A stretch of 47,986 nt of DNA from an uncultured Peptococcaceae bacterium (lineage in GTDB: Bacteria > Bacillota > Peptococcia > DRI-13 > UBA5745), in the NCBI GenBank assembly GCA_937873525.1, contig CALMWJ010000178.1, positions 1 to 47,986 on the forward strand. The letters run 5' to 3'. Made by a program: the position numbers and the translations under genes. The notes beneath the pieces were generated by a model, which saw only the letters and a program-made list of their open reading frames with translations, was not told the origin of the DNA and did no database searches. Shown here piece after piece: positions 1 to 9,116 of this stretch (positions are counted from its first letter, which is position 1; the number at the start of each line of letters is the position of its first letter).

Positions 1-219
1 ATTCAATGTCTTGCCTTGGAATTTTTAAAACATATCGAAAATCTAAGAATAGCTTACGGCGAAGACATCAAGCTTTCGGCCAGCATCGGCATTGCCGTGG
101 AGGGAGAAGGTCCCGTCGATCTTGAGGAACTGCTGAAGCGGGGGGATGCGGCCCTATACAAAGCAAAGCAGAACGGTAAAAATCAATATTGCGTCTGGGA
201 ACAGGATATGTTTCAATAA
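1..219 (+). CDS. GGDEF-domain diguanylate cyclase, C-terminal fragment (5' end outside window)
   Basis: The frame is open from nt 1. The tail ...KLSASIGIAV...EELLKRGDAALYKAKQNGKNQY is the conserved end of GGDEF domains. Confidence 0.7.
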   Translation: MQCLALEFLKHIENLRIAYGEDIKLSASIGIAVEGEGPVDLEELLKRGDAALYKAKQNGKNQYCVWEQDMFQ

Positions 220-264
220 TCGATCCGATGGGATCCTTGGAAGGCCATTCAGGAACCCATGAAC

Positions 265-305
265 AAAAAGCAGGGGGCGCGCCCAAGCGTTTGCCCCCTG
301 CTTTT
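265..305. terminator. Bidirectional intrinsic terminator between the convergent GGDEF gene and ppdK
   Basis: AAAAA-GCAGGGGGC-(14 nt loop)-GCCCCCTGC-TTTT. The 9-bp GC-rich stem is flanked by an A-run and a T-run. Confidence 0.75.
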
Positions 306-340
306 ATATGAAAAACATGATGGTCCGGAATGGAATGATG

Positions 341-2983
341 CTATTTTCTCAATACGGCCTGAGCTGCGGCCAGACGCGCAATGGGTACGCGGAAGGGGGA
401 ACAGCTGACCACGGTCAGGTTGATGCGGTGGCAAAATTCAACGGATGATGGATTGCCGCCATGTTCACCGCAGATGCCCATTTTAAGTTCGGGTTTCTTG
501 GCTCGGCTCTGTTGTACCGCAATTTGCATCAGCTGACCAACGCCCTGCTGGTCCAAAACCGCGAAGGGATTTTCTTTGAGGATCTTCTGATCAAGATAGT
601 TGTTCATGAATTTACCTTCGGCGTCATCACGGCTGAAGCCCAAGGTGGTTTGAGTCAGGTCATTGGTGCCGAAGGAGAAGAAATCGGACTCCTCTACAAT
701 ATCCCCGGACATCAGACAGGCGCGGGGCAGCTCGAGCATGGTGCCGACGGTATATTCGATGGCAACACCGGTTTCGGCCATGACCTTGTCCGCCTCTTCC
801 GTGACCACCCTGCGCAGGATCGAGAGCTCGCCACGGTCAATGATGAGAGGAATCTCCACTTCGGGCACGGGATGGAAGCCTTCTTTCAGCAAACGTGCCG
901 AAGCAAGGAAAATAGCTTTGGCCTGCATACGGTAAATTTCAGGATAAAGGATACCGAGACGGCAGCCGCGGGTCCCCAGCATGGGATTGGCTTCGTGGAG
1001 AGAACGGACGGTGACCAGCAGCTTTTCGATTTCGGCTTGCCTTTCCGGAGACTGATCGAGGCATTTCAAGGTGTTCAGCTCAATGGCCAGAGATTCGGAA
1101 TTGGGCAGGAATTCATGAAGCGGGGGGTCGAGAAGCCGGATGGTTACGGCCAGACCGTCCATCGCTTTCAGGATGCCGTAAAAGTCCCCTTCCTGAATGG
1201 GGAGCAAACGGTCCAGCGCATGAATGCGGGCTTCCAGGGAATCCGCCATAATCATATCCTGGACAATGGGCAGGCGGTCCTGAGCCATGAACATATGTTC
1301 GGTGCGGCAGAGTCCGATGCCTTCAGCACCCATTTCCCGGGCTTTTTTCGCATCGAAGGGCGTGTCGGCGTTGGCATGGACTTCAAGAGTGCGGATGCCG
1401 TCCGCCCAGGACAGGAAGACTTGAAATGCATCACTAAGGACTGGGTCGATCAAAGGGACCTGGCCTTTGGCGACGCGGCCGGTGCTGCCGTCCAGGGAGA
1501 TGAAGTCGTCTTCACACAATACCATGTCACCCACGGTGATGGTTTTGTTGACCACATCCACATTCAATGCATCGCAGCCGCAAACGCAGCATTTGCCCAT
1601 GCCGCGGGCTACAACGGCAGCGTGGCTGGTCATGCCGCCGCGGCTGGTCAGAATGCCTTGGGCCGCCACAATGCCATGGATGTCGTCTGGGGTGGTTTCG
1701 GGACGGACCAGGATTACTTTTTCGCCATTGCTGCCCCGGCGGTCTGCCTCGTTGGCGCTGAAAACGATGTGGCCGCTGGCGGCACCGGGAGAAGCCGGCA
1801 GACCGGTTGCTAAAACATCCAGTTTGACCTTCGGATCGATCTGGCGGTGCAGCAGCTGATCCAGAGAAGAGGGATCCACTCTCATAATCGCTTCTTCCTT
1901 GGTGATCAAGCCTTCATTGACCATATCCACAGCAACCTGAATGGCGGCCTGGGCGGTCCGTTTGCCGGTCCGTGTCTGGAGCATATAAAGTCGGTTGTTC
2001 TGGATCGTGAACTCGATGTCCTGCATATCGCGGTAATGGTTTTCCAGAATATCGCAAATGCTTGTAAACTGGGTATAAACCTCAGGAGAATCTTTTTCCA
2101 GTTTGGAGATAGGCAGCGGCGTACGGATACCGGCCACCACATCCTCGCCCTGGGCATTCATCAGATATTCTCCGTACAGCTTTTTTTCCCCGGTGGAGGG
2201 GTTCCGGGTGAAGGCCACGCCGGTACCGGAATCATCGCCCATGTTGCCGAAAACCATGCATTGGACGTTGACGGCCGTGCCCAGATCTTCTGAGATCCGA
2301 TTCAGCTTCCGGTAAACTTCCGCACGGGGGTTGTACCAGGATGCAAATACCGCTTCGATCGAACGGAGGAGCTGGTCCTCGGGTTTCGTTGGAAAATCTT
2401 CGCCGGTTTCACGACGTACGATGGCTTTGTATTCTGCAATGAGCTTGCGGAGGGAATCTGCATCCAGGTCCTTGTCATCCTTGACGCTCTGCAGTTTTTT
2501 CTGGTTTTCCAAAGCCAGTTCGAAATGAAAATGTTCAACGCCCATTACCACGTCGCCGAACATTTGGATGAACCGGCGGTAGCTGTCCAATGAAAAACGG
2601 GGATTTCCGGTGATTTTGATCAGCCCTTCAACGGTTTCGTCATTGAGTCCAAGATTCAGGATCGTGTCCATCATGCCGGGCATGGAGACGGGTGCGCCGG
2701 ATCGTACGGAGACCAGCAGAGGATCGTTGACGTCGCCGAATTTTTTACCGATTTTTTCTTCAACGGTTTTCAGATTCTCCCACAGCTGCTTTACCATGCC
2801 TTCGGGAAACTTTTTGCCTGCTTTAAAATATTCCTTGCAGGTTTCGGTCGTTAACGTCAATCCGGGAGGGACAGGCAATCCGATGTTGGTCATTTCGGCC
2901 AGATTGGCGCCTTTGCCGCCCAGCAGCATTTTCATATTGGCCTTTCCTTCATGAAACAGATACACGAATTTCTTCTCAGTCAC
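341..2983 (-). CDS. ppdK: Pyruvate, phosphate dikinase
   Basis: 880 aa. The N-terminus FHEGKANMKMLLGGKGANLAEM, the phosphohistidine region GGMTSHAAVVARGMG and the C-terminal PEP-utilising domain are typical of PPDK. It has a GTG start with GAGGAG upstream. Confidence 0.97.
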   Translation of the reverse strand: MTEKKFVYLFHEGKANMKMLLGGKGANLAEMTNIGLPVPPGLTLTTETCKEYFKAGKKFPEGMVKQLWENLKTVEEKIGKKFGDVNDPLLVSVRSGAPVSMPGMMDTILNLGLNDETVEGLIKITGNPRFSLDSYRRFIQMFGDVVMGVEHFHFELALENQKKLQSVKDDKDLDADSLRKLIAEYKAIVRRETGEDFPTKPEDQLLRSIEAVFASWYNPRAEVYRKLNRISEDLGTAVNVQCMVFGNMGDDSGTGVAFTRNPSTGEKKLYGEYLMNAQGEDVVAGIRTPLPISKLEKDSPEVYTQFTSICDILENHYRDMQDIEFTIQNNRLYMLQTRTGKRTAQAAIQVAVDMVNEGLITKEEAIMRVDPSSLDQLLHRQIDPKVKLDVLATGLPASPGAASGHIVFSANEADRRGSNGEKVILVRPETTPDDIHGIVAAQGILTSRGGMTSHAAVVARGMGKCCVCGCDALNVDVVNKTITVGDMVLCEDDFISLDGSTGRVAKGQVPLIDPVLSDAFQVFLSWADGIRTLEVHANADTPFDAKKAREMGAEGIGLCRTEHMFMAQDRLPIVQDMIMADSLEARIHALDRLLPIQEGDFYGILKAMDGLAVTIRLLDPPLHEFLPNSESLAIELNTLKCLDQSPERQAEIEKLLVTVRSLHEANPMLGTRGCRLGILYPEIYRMQAKAIFLASARLLKEGFHPVPEVEIPLIIDRGELSILRRVVTEEADKVMAETGVAIEYTVGTMLELPRACLMSGDIVEESDFFSFGTNDLTQTTLGFSRDDAEGKFMNNYLDQKILKENPFAVLDQQGVGQLMQIAVQQSRAKKPELKMGICGEHGGNPSSVEFCHRINLTVVSCSPFRVPIARLAAAQAVLRK

Positions 2984-3798
2984 TACTCAACACTCCTCTG
3001 CATGATTTGCATAATTTTACCCGCGGTTTCTTCCATGGCTTTATTTGAAATATCAATGATAGGACAACCGATCTTTTTCATGACGCTTTCCGCGAAATCG
3101 ATTTCCGTCAGAATACGCTCAAGATTGGCGTAATTGGCATCCGATTGCAAGCCCATTTCCCGCAGCCGGTTGGCGCGGATCGAATGGAGGACCTCAGGCT
3201 GGATCGTCAGGCCGATCACTTTGAATCGCGGCAGATGGAACAATTCTCCTGGAACCGGTGTTTCCGGGACCAAGGGGATGTTGGCGGCCTTGATGGCATG
3301 ATAGGCCAAATACATACAAAGCGGGGTTTTTGAGGTGCGGGAGATCCCGATCAGCACCACATCGGCCTCCTTGATGCCCCGTGCATCTTTCCCGTCATCA
3401 TAACGAATCGCAAATTCGATGGATTCGACCCGGCGATGATAGGCATTGTCGATCTGATGGGTCAGTCCGGGTTTGAGTCGGGGATCCAGATGTAGCAAAT
3501 CAGCTATTTGTTGGACATAGGGCCCCAGAATATCCATCGTGGGGATTCCGCTCAGATCGCACTGATCTCTTGTGAAGGCCCGGAGCTCCGGAGAAACGAG
3601 GGTATGGGCCACCAGACCCAGTTCAGTCGCTTTTTTTTGCTTTTTGAACTCATCGAGGGCCTGAATCACTGCAGATTCATCCCTTACAAAAGGGAAACGG
3701 CGGATTTCCAGATCAGGCACGGCAAATTGACTGACTGCGGCCTGGACAACCTTGGCGCCGGTTTCGCCGATTGAGTCTGATAAGACATAAATCAGCAT
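2983..3798 (-). CDS. Pyruvate phosphate dikinase regulatory protein (PDRP, kinase/pyrophosphorylase, DUF299 family; YqfL-like)
   Basis: The ORF track gives 2983..3936. I trimmed it to the ATG at 3798 (MLIYVLSDSIGETG...) because AGGAG lies upstream and the longer form would overlap the preceding gene. The P-loop-like GISRTSKTP motif is present. Its stop overlaps the ppdK start by 1 nt. Confidence 0.88.
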   Translation of the reverse strand: MLIYVLSDSIGETGAKVVQAAVSQFAVPDLEIRRFPFVRDESAVIQALDEFKKQKKATELGLVAHTLVSPELRAFTRDQCDLSGIPTMDILGPYVQQIADLLHLDPRLKPGLTHQIDNAYHRRVESIEFAIRYDDGKDARGIKEADVVLIGISRTSKTPLCMYLAYHAIKAANIPLVPETPVPGELFHLPRFKVIGLTIQPEVLHSIRANRLREMGLQSDANYANLERILTEIDFAESVMKKIGCPIIDISNKAMEETAGKIMQIMQRSVE

Positions 3799-3820
3799 GA
3801 CAAGTCTCCTTTGTTGCTTA

Positions 3821-4465
3821 TTATGATCCAAGTTTGACGAAAGCTTTGACGATGGTGGTTTTCGTGATGCGTCCGACCACTTCCATTGGGCTGCCGGGTT
3901 GATCATCCTGGCGGCGAACCACCGGAAGGCTGTCAATTTGGTGGTCCTGAAGCTTCTGTGCCGCCGAAAGAAGGGTCTCGTCCGGAGAACAGGTGATCAG
4001 ATTGGGCATCCGCGTCATGATCATGGAGATTGGGATCGAACGGATCTCCCCCTGGCTGATCGATACTTTCAGCAAATCTTTCCTGGAAATGATGCCGCAC
4101 AATGCGCCGGCATCATCCGTAATGAATAGGCTTCCCACGTCCCGCATAAAAATTTCAACGATCGCGTCATACACAGAGAGAGCCCCGTTGATGATGATCG
4201 GTATTCCCATCCAATCTTGTACGATCAATGAGGTAAGGAGATGGGTCATACGGTCGGGCATGCCGCCGCCGTCATAATAATACCCGACTCTCGGTTTGGC
4301 GCCTAAAATCCCGGTTCGTGTTAAAAAGGTGAAATCAGGACGAAGCGTTGCACGCGTCAGGCCCAGGCTTACAGCGATCTCGTCCCCGGTGATGGGGCCT
4401 TTTTGGTGTACAATCGAAAGGATTTGCTCCTGCCGTTTCGTCAGAATAATGAGGCTCACCTCCAA
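3821..4465 (-). CDS. ccpN: CcpN-like transcriptional repressor (N-terminal HTH plus two CBS domains)
   Basis: 214 aa. The HTH region is KRQEQILSIVHQKGPITGDEIAVSLGLTRATLRPD, followed by CBS-type repeats. It sits directly upstream of a PDRP/YqfL homologue, as in the B. subtilis ccpN-yqfL pair. The start codon is uncertain (TTG/GTG). Confidence 0.75.
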   Translation of the reverse strand: MEVSLIILTKRQEQILSIVHQKGPITGDEIAVSLGLTRATLRPDFTFLTRTGILGAKPRVGYYYDGGGMPDRMTHLLTSLIVQDWMGIPIIINGALSVYDAIVEIFMRDVGSLFITDDAGALCGIISRKDLLKVSISQGEIRSIPISMIMTRMPNLITCSPDETLLSAAQKLQDHQIDSLPVVRRQDDQPGSPMEVVGRITKTTIVKAFVKLGS

Positions 4466-4500
4466 TAGTCCAGCTTAGATGACAACCCGATGGGAAATAG

Positions 4501-4540
4501 AGTATCACATTTGCTCAAATTAGCATAATAATGTTATACT
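4501..4540. promoter_or_regulatory. Inverted repeat in the ccpN / DUF4342 divergent promoter region (candidate operator)
   Basis: AGTATCACA-N22-TGTTATACT, arms complementary at 8 of 9 positions. It overlaps an extended -10-like TGTTATACT and a TATAAT. Function is not established. Confidence 0.2.
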
Positions 4541-4735
4541 ATAATCACGTTGGTTTGTCCAGTCTAAAATAACGCAAAATGCGTCTTCCTCAGGTATACA
4601 TCAAAGTGCCGTGGATGATATAATTTAAACATCCATCGTATTCTAATGAATCTTTAATTTTCGCTTAAAGCCTTTGTAACGTGAACGGTTTATGATAAGG
4701 ATGTCACAAAGCAAAACGCTTTAAGGAGGATTTAT

Positions 4736-5320
4736 ATGAATTATACCGTCGAAGATCTAGAATTTCTCAAAAAAAGAGCGGATATCACCTATGATGAGGC
4801 CATGGAGCTATTAAAAAAACACAACGGTGACGCCGTGCTGGCCATCATCGATTTGGAGAAGCAAGGGAAGCTTCGCCCGGACAACAGGGGCGCGTCCGAG
4901 AAAAAAGGCAGTGTCCGGGAACGTGGGAAGCTCTCCAGGCTTTTCCGCAAGCTCATGGCACACCGCCTTGTGATTAAAAAGGGAGACATGATCATTGCCA
5001 ATGTATCCTGGCTTTTCGTGATCATCTCCATCCTTACCGCACCGTGGCTGGTCGCCTTCACCTTTATTGCGACCATGGTTCTTGGCTACAAATATAGCCG
5101 GACGGTCAACTGGGCGATGACCGGGGATGAAATCAAGGCCTTTGGCACGAAAGCCGCAGCGGGTTTCAAAGACATGACCAGCAAAGTGTTCGACGAGGAG
5201 CCGCCAAAATCGCAACGAGCCCGCGAGGCGGAACCCGCTTCCCAAGAGGCCGCTGCTGAATCGAGGGACAGCGAAACCGCCCAGCCCCAAAAGGAGACTT
5301 CGGAGATCATTATCGAATAA
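4736..5320 (+). CDS. DUF4342-like membrane-associated protein with N-terminal UBA/TS-N-like segment
   Basis: 194 aa with AAGGAGG 7 nt upstream. The N-terminus ITYDEAMELLKKHNGDAVLAIIDLEKQGKL resembles EF-Ts/UBA-like modules. There is a central hydrophobic DUF4342-like stretch and an acidic low-complexity tail. Confidence 0.55.
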   Translation: MNYTVEDLEFLKKRADITYDEAMELLKKHNGDAVLAIIDLEKQGKLRPDNRGASEKKGSVRERGKLSRLFRKLMAHRLVIKKGDMIIANVSWLFVIISILTAPWLVAFTFIATMVLGYKYSRTVNWAMTGDEIKAFGTKAAAGFKDMTSKVFDEEPPKSQRAREAEPASQEAAAESRDSETAQPQKETSEIIIE

Positions 5321-5344
5321 CCCATGGCGACGAGGAGAGCAACC

Positions 5345-6031
5345 ATGACAAAGATCCTGCTGGTAGAGGATGAATCGAAAATTGCCCGATTCCTGGAGCT
5401 GGAGCTGGCCTATGAGGGATATGAAGTCATCGTGGCCGCCGATGGCCGGACAGGCTTGGAAAAAGCCCTTTCCGGTGAAGCGGATCTGGTGGTCCTGGAT
5501 CTGATGCTTCCTCAGCTCAGCGGAATCGAGGTTTGCCGGCGTCTCCGCCAGACCTCGGATCTTCCGGTCATCATGCTTACCGCGAAGGATGACGTCTGTG
5601 ACAAGGTGAACGGCCTGGATACCGGTGCGGATGATTATATGACCAAACCCTTCGCCATCGAGGAGCTGCTGGCCAGGATCCGGAACATTCTGCAGCGCCG
5701 GCTCAAGCAACGCAATACCCCCTTGACCTCCGAGCCGCTCAGGCTCGGGGGTTTGGCAATGGATATCGATGCCCATACCGTCCATTTCAACAGAAATGAG
5801 ATCAGTTTGACCAAAAGGGAGTTCGATTTACTGGAGTATCTGATGCGGCACCAGAATATCGTGGTCACCCGTGACAAGCTGCTGGACCAGGTCTGGGGCT
5901 ATGATTATGCCGGCGATACCAATGTGGTGGATGTGTATATACGTTATCTGCGATCGAAAATCGATGACCCTTTCAACGTTTCCCTGATCCATACCGTCCG
6001 GGGCGTGGGGTATGTCATGCGCTATGAATAA
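5345..6031 (+). CDS. OmpR-family response regulator
   Basis: MTKILLVEDE...DLVVLDLMLP receiver domain plus a winged-helix C-terminus (LTKREFDLLEYLM...VRGVGY). Trimmed from track start 5324 to the ATG after GAGGAGAG. Confidence 0.92.
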   Translation: MTKILLVEDESKIARFLELELAYEGYEVIVAADGRTGLEKALSGEADLVVLDLMLPQLSGIEVCRRLRQTSDLPVIMLTAKDDVCDKVNGLDTGADDYMTKPFAIEELLARIRNILQRRLKQRNTPLTSEPLRLGGLAMDIDAHTVHFNRNEISLTKREFDLLEYLMRHQNIVVTRDKLLDQVWGYDYAGDTNVVDVYIRYLRSKIDDPFNVSLIHTVRGVGYVMRYE

Positions 6032-7487
6032 AAAGAGCATCCCGGAAAAACGCTCCGGTACAGTGGAGACATCGGTTTTGTCCGTCAATCGGCTCAGCGA
6101 CCGGGTCAACAGATCCTTCAACCATTTACTGAGCAACCTCAGGCTTTCCATCAGTCTGAGGATCACCATCAACTATTGGCGCATGCTGCTTAAATCGGCC
6201 ATCATCCTATGGCTGATTTTTTCCTGTATATTTATTGGTGCGGTCTGGATCGATGCACAGCAGCAGGCGGAACAGGAAACGGCGCAGCTGAAAACGGTCC
6301 TGGAAACGGAGGCGCCCTACAGCCCGCTGCAGCCTTCGGAACGTATGAGGATCAGGATTCTGGACCCCATGGGGCAATCCTTTTATTCAAATTGGTATAC
6401 CGATGAGAGGATGGCAGGTTTTTGGCCCTTGCGGGATCCCTGGCCGGTTTGGATCGACTGGCGCAGCCGTTTTGCCAGCCTCCAGACCAGCCGGACGCTG
6501 GCGATCGGTTCGGACCGCTGGACGCTGATCTTTTCGTATGATCTATCCCAGCGGATTCGTTACTACCTTTTCGCAATCCTCGGACTCATGGCGGTCGACA
6601 TGTTCCGAATGACCTATTTTCTTTTGAGGAGCAAGACACTGAATCAATCGGTTCTTCAGCCGATTGAAGAAATTGCCGAAATCTCCAGAAAAATAACAGC
6701 GGAAAGTCTGAATCAACGGATCAACATTCATGGCACCCAAAATGAGCTGAAGGATCTGGCCCAAGTGATCAACGGCCTGCTTGACCGCCTGGAATCCGCC
6801 TATAACAGCCAGAAGCAATTTGTTTCTGACGCTTCCCATGAACTCAGGACCCCCATCGCGGTCATCCAAGGATATGCCAGCTTGCTGGAGCGATGGGGCA
6901 AGAGCGATCCGGAGGTGATGGAGGAGTCCCTGTCCGCCATCGTCAATGAAGCGTCGAATATGCAGAAACTCGTTGAAAATCTGCTGTTCCTGGCACGCCA
7001 CGACAAACAATCCTGGAAGCTTTCCGTCGAACCCGTCCTGGCACGGGACCTGGTCGAAGAGATCGCCAAAGACACAGAGGTCATTGCGGTGCATCATCTC
7101 GTGAAAAGCGGTCCGATGGAAGAAAGCCTTGTTCAAGCGGATAAAAATGCTTTGAAACAGGCTTTGCGGATCTTTGCGGACAATAGTATGAAATATACGC
7201 CCGAAGGCGGACAAATCGGCTTTTCCTGCACCCGTGAGGGCGAATGGGCTGTTCTGACCGTTTGGGATACGGGGCAAGGCATCGGAAAAGAAGAGCTGGG
7301 GAAGATCTTTGACCGCTTTTATCGCGCGGACCAAGCAAGAAACAGCAGCGGAAACAACCAAAGCTATGGTTTGGGACTGTCGATTGCGAGGATCATCGTC
7401 TCAGGCCACGGCGGCAAGATCCGGGTTCGTTCCACGCCCGGATGCGGTTCAGAGTTTTCGATCCTGCTGAAGCGCGAACAGGGATAA
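6012..7487 (+). CDS. Sensor histidine kinase (two TM segments, HAMP, HisKA, HATPase_c)
   Basis: H-box FVSDASHELRTPIA, N-box and G-boxes (DTGQGI, GLGLSIA). It overlaps the regulator stop, which is typical coupling. Confidence 0.9.
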   Translation: MSCAMNKKSIPEKRSGTVETSVLSVNRLSDRVNRSFNHLLSNLRLSISLRITINYWRMLLKSAIILWLIFSCIFIGAVWIDAQQQAEQETAQLKTVLETEAPYSPLQPSERMRIRILDPMGQSFYSNWYTDERMAGFWPLRDPWPVWIDWRSRFASLQTSRTLAIGSDRWTLIFSYDLSQRIRYYLFAILGLMAVDMFRMTYFLLRSKTLNQSVLQPIEEIAEISRKITAESLNQRINIHGTQNELKDLAQVINGLLDRLESAYNSQKQFVSDASHELRTPIAVIQGYASLLERWGKSDPEVMEESLSAIVNEASNMQKLVENLLFLARHDKQSWKLSVEPVLARDLVEEIAKDTEVIAVHHLVKSGPMEESLVQADKNALKQALRIFADNSMKYTPEGGQIGFSCTREGEWAVLTVWDTGQGIGKEELGKIFDRFYRADQARNSSGNNQSYGLGLSIARIIVSGHGGKIRVRSTPGCGSEFSILLKREQG

Positions 7488-7510
7488 AACCGGAAGGGAG
7501 GCCAACCCCT

Positions 7511-8368
7511 ATGACGACATTGCCGATCATTGCGCTGCTCTATGATTTTGACCGCACACTTTCTCCGAAGGATATGCAGGAAGACAGCTTTATACCCAGC
7601 ATCGCCATGCCTTCCGCCCAATTCTGGCATGAATCCAACGGCATGGCGGAAGCACATCATATGGACAAAGTACTGGCTTACATGTACCTGATGCTAAAAA
7701 AATCCAAAGAGAAGGGACGTTCCATCCGCCGTGAAGCCTTTCAGGAATACGGTCGTTCCGTCGAGCTTTTCCCGGGCGTTCCCCAGTGGTTTGACCGCAT
7801 CAATGAATATGGCGCTTGCCAAGGCTATCAGATCCATCACTATATCATTTCCTCCGGTTTGATGGAAATCATTGAAGGAACGGAAATCGCCCGCTTTTTT
7901 AAAGCCATTTTTGCTTCCGCGTATTATTACGATGAAACAGGCGCCGCGCAGTGGCCGGCCCTGGCGGTCAATTACACCTCCAAAACACAATACCTGTTCC
8001 GCATCAACAAAGGGATCCTGGATGTCAACCGGGATGAGGAAGTCAACACCCACATGCCGGACAGCATTCGTCCGGTGACGTTCCCCCGCATGATCTATCT
8101 TGGGGATGGATTCACCGACGTTCCCTGCATGAAGCTGGTCCGTGAAAACGGCGGCCATTCCATCGCCGTCTATCAGGGACAGACCAATGAGAGCATTGCC
8201 GCGCTGATGAAGGATGACCGGGTGGATTGTGTTTTCCCCGCAGATTACCGGACGGGCAGCGCATTGGATCAGTACGTTCACCATGTCATCGACAAAATCA
8301 CAGCCAATGACAGGATCCAGAAGATCTATCTTGAACAGAAAGAAGCCATTTCCGCAATAAAATTATAG
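7511..8368 (+). CDS. HAD-superfamily hydrolase (subfamily IB-like)
   Basis: DxDxT motif in LLYDFDRTLSP and a late YLGDGFTDVP motif. Trimmed from 7442 to the ATG after GGGAGG. Confidence 0.7.
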   Translation: MTTLPIIALLYDFDRTLSPKDMQEDSFIPSIAMPSAQFWHESNGMAEAHHMDKVLAYMYLMLKKSKEKGRSIRREAFQEYGRSVELFPGVPQWFDRINEYGACQGYQIHHYIISSGLMEIIEGTEIARFFKAIFASAYYYDETGAAQWPALAVNYTSKTQYLFRINKGILDVNRDEEVNTHMPDSIRPVTFPRMIYLGDGFTDVPCMKLVRENGGHSIAVYQGQTNESIAALMKDDRVDCVFPADYRTGSALDQYVHHVIDKITANDRIQKIYLEQKEAISAIKL

Positions 8369-8387
8369 CTTAGAAATCAGGTGAATC

Positions 8388-8846
8388 GTGAAGGCAACCA
8401 TCAACCGAAGCCATCCGCATTGGCCGGCGGCTTGTCAGATGGCCATGACCCTGGGATACGCCCCCGTTTTCATTCAACGAGGCGACGCATCTTCCGATGC
8501 ATTGCGCCTCTTTTGGCGTTCGGTCCAAGCCCATCCGGTCCAGGGCCTGGTTCGAGGCTGGCTGGCGCTGGAGATCTACTGGGAATGCGTTTGCCATATC
8601 CAATATATCCTTCACCAGGCCGAAGCTTTGCGCAATCCGGAGAACCGTGAACTGGTGGATCAGATCGTCGCCCACTGCATGGAGGACCTCTCCACCAATG
8701 CACGCGGGGGGTGGGGTGAATTGTCCGGCCTTGCCGTCCAGAAGCTGCGCCACATCGTATATTACGAAGACGTGAAGGAATACGCCACAGTCTTTGATGA
8801 CGATTCCGCCGGCGATGATCCGGAAGAACCCGAAACAATTGAATGA
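8388..8846 (+). CDS. Hypothetical protein (152 aa, Trp-rich, acidic C-terminal tail)
   Basis: Its codon usage resembles neighbouring genes, and it ends DDDSAGDDPEEPETIE. It is preferred over the overlapping 225-aa minus-strand ORF, which would run through the lysA riboswitch. No family recognised. The start is uncertain (GTG 8388 or an internal ATG). Confidence 0.5.
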   Translation: MKATINRSHPHWPAACQMAMTLGYAPVFIQRGDASSDALRLFWRSVQAHPVQGLVRGWLALEIYWECVCHIQYILHQAEALRNPENRELVDQIVAHCMEDLSTNARGGWGELSGLAVQKLRHIVYYEDVKEYATVFDDDSAGDDPEEPETIE

Positions 8847-8887
8847 ACGGCCATGGACGGTGTTATGGCCATCGAATAGATTGATAC

Positions 8888-8916
8888 TTGCCGCTGTGCG
8901 TATCGAGTGATAAAAT
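8888..8916 (+). promoter_or_regulatory. Candidate sigmaA promoter for the lysA leader
   Basis: TTGCCG (8888-8893), a 17-nt spacer, then the extended -10 TGATAAAAT (8908-8916). Confidence 0.35.
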
Positions 8917-8950
8917 ATATAGAATAGATATAACCTCATCTCCTTTTGAG

Positions 8951-9116
8951 GTGGGGTAGAGGTTGCGGCGAACATCAGTAGCTTCCGGGAGTCGGCAGAT
9001 GTTGATCGGGAGCAAAAGGGGACACCGCCGAAGCATAGGCCTTGCACAGGCCCATGCTGGGTCTGTATTCAACAAATGCAGAACTGTCACCGTCCATCGG
9101 TGGAGCACTATCTCAC
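8951..9116 (+). promoter_or_regulatory. Lysine riboswitch (L-box) aptamer
   Basis: Conserved L-box blocks occur in order: GGTAGAGGTTGCGGCGAAC, AGTA, GGGAG, AAAGGGGACACCGCCGAAGC, GCTGG, CTGTCAC, GGTGGAGCACTATC. A 9-bp P1 pairs 8951-8959 with 9108-9116. It lies immediately upstream of lysA. Confidence 0.85.

Noticed and set aside
461-1813. 450-aa plus-strand ORF inside ppdK
   Set aside because: It lies antisense to an unambiguous PPDK gene. Its Gly/Ala/His-rich, low-complexity composition is typical of shadow ORFs.
4811-5785. 324-aa minus-strand ORF spanning the DUF4342 gene and the response regulator
   Set aside because: It crosses two well-supported plus-strand genes and their intergenic RBS, so it is an antisense artefact.
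8370-9047. 225-aa minus-strand ORF overlapping the hypothetical 8388..8846 gene
   Set aside because: Its 5' third would lie within the lysine riboswitch and lysA promoter. Its composition looks non-coding, so the plus-strand frame is preferred.
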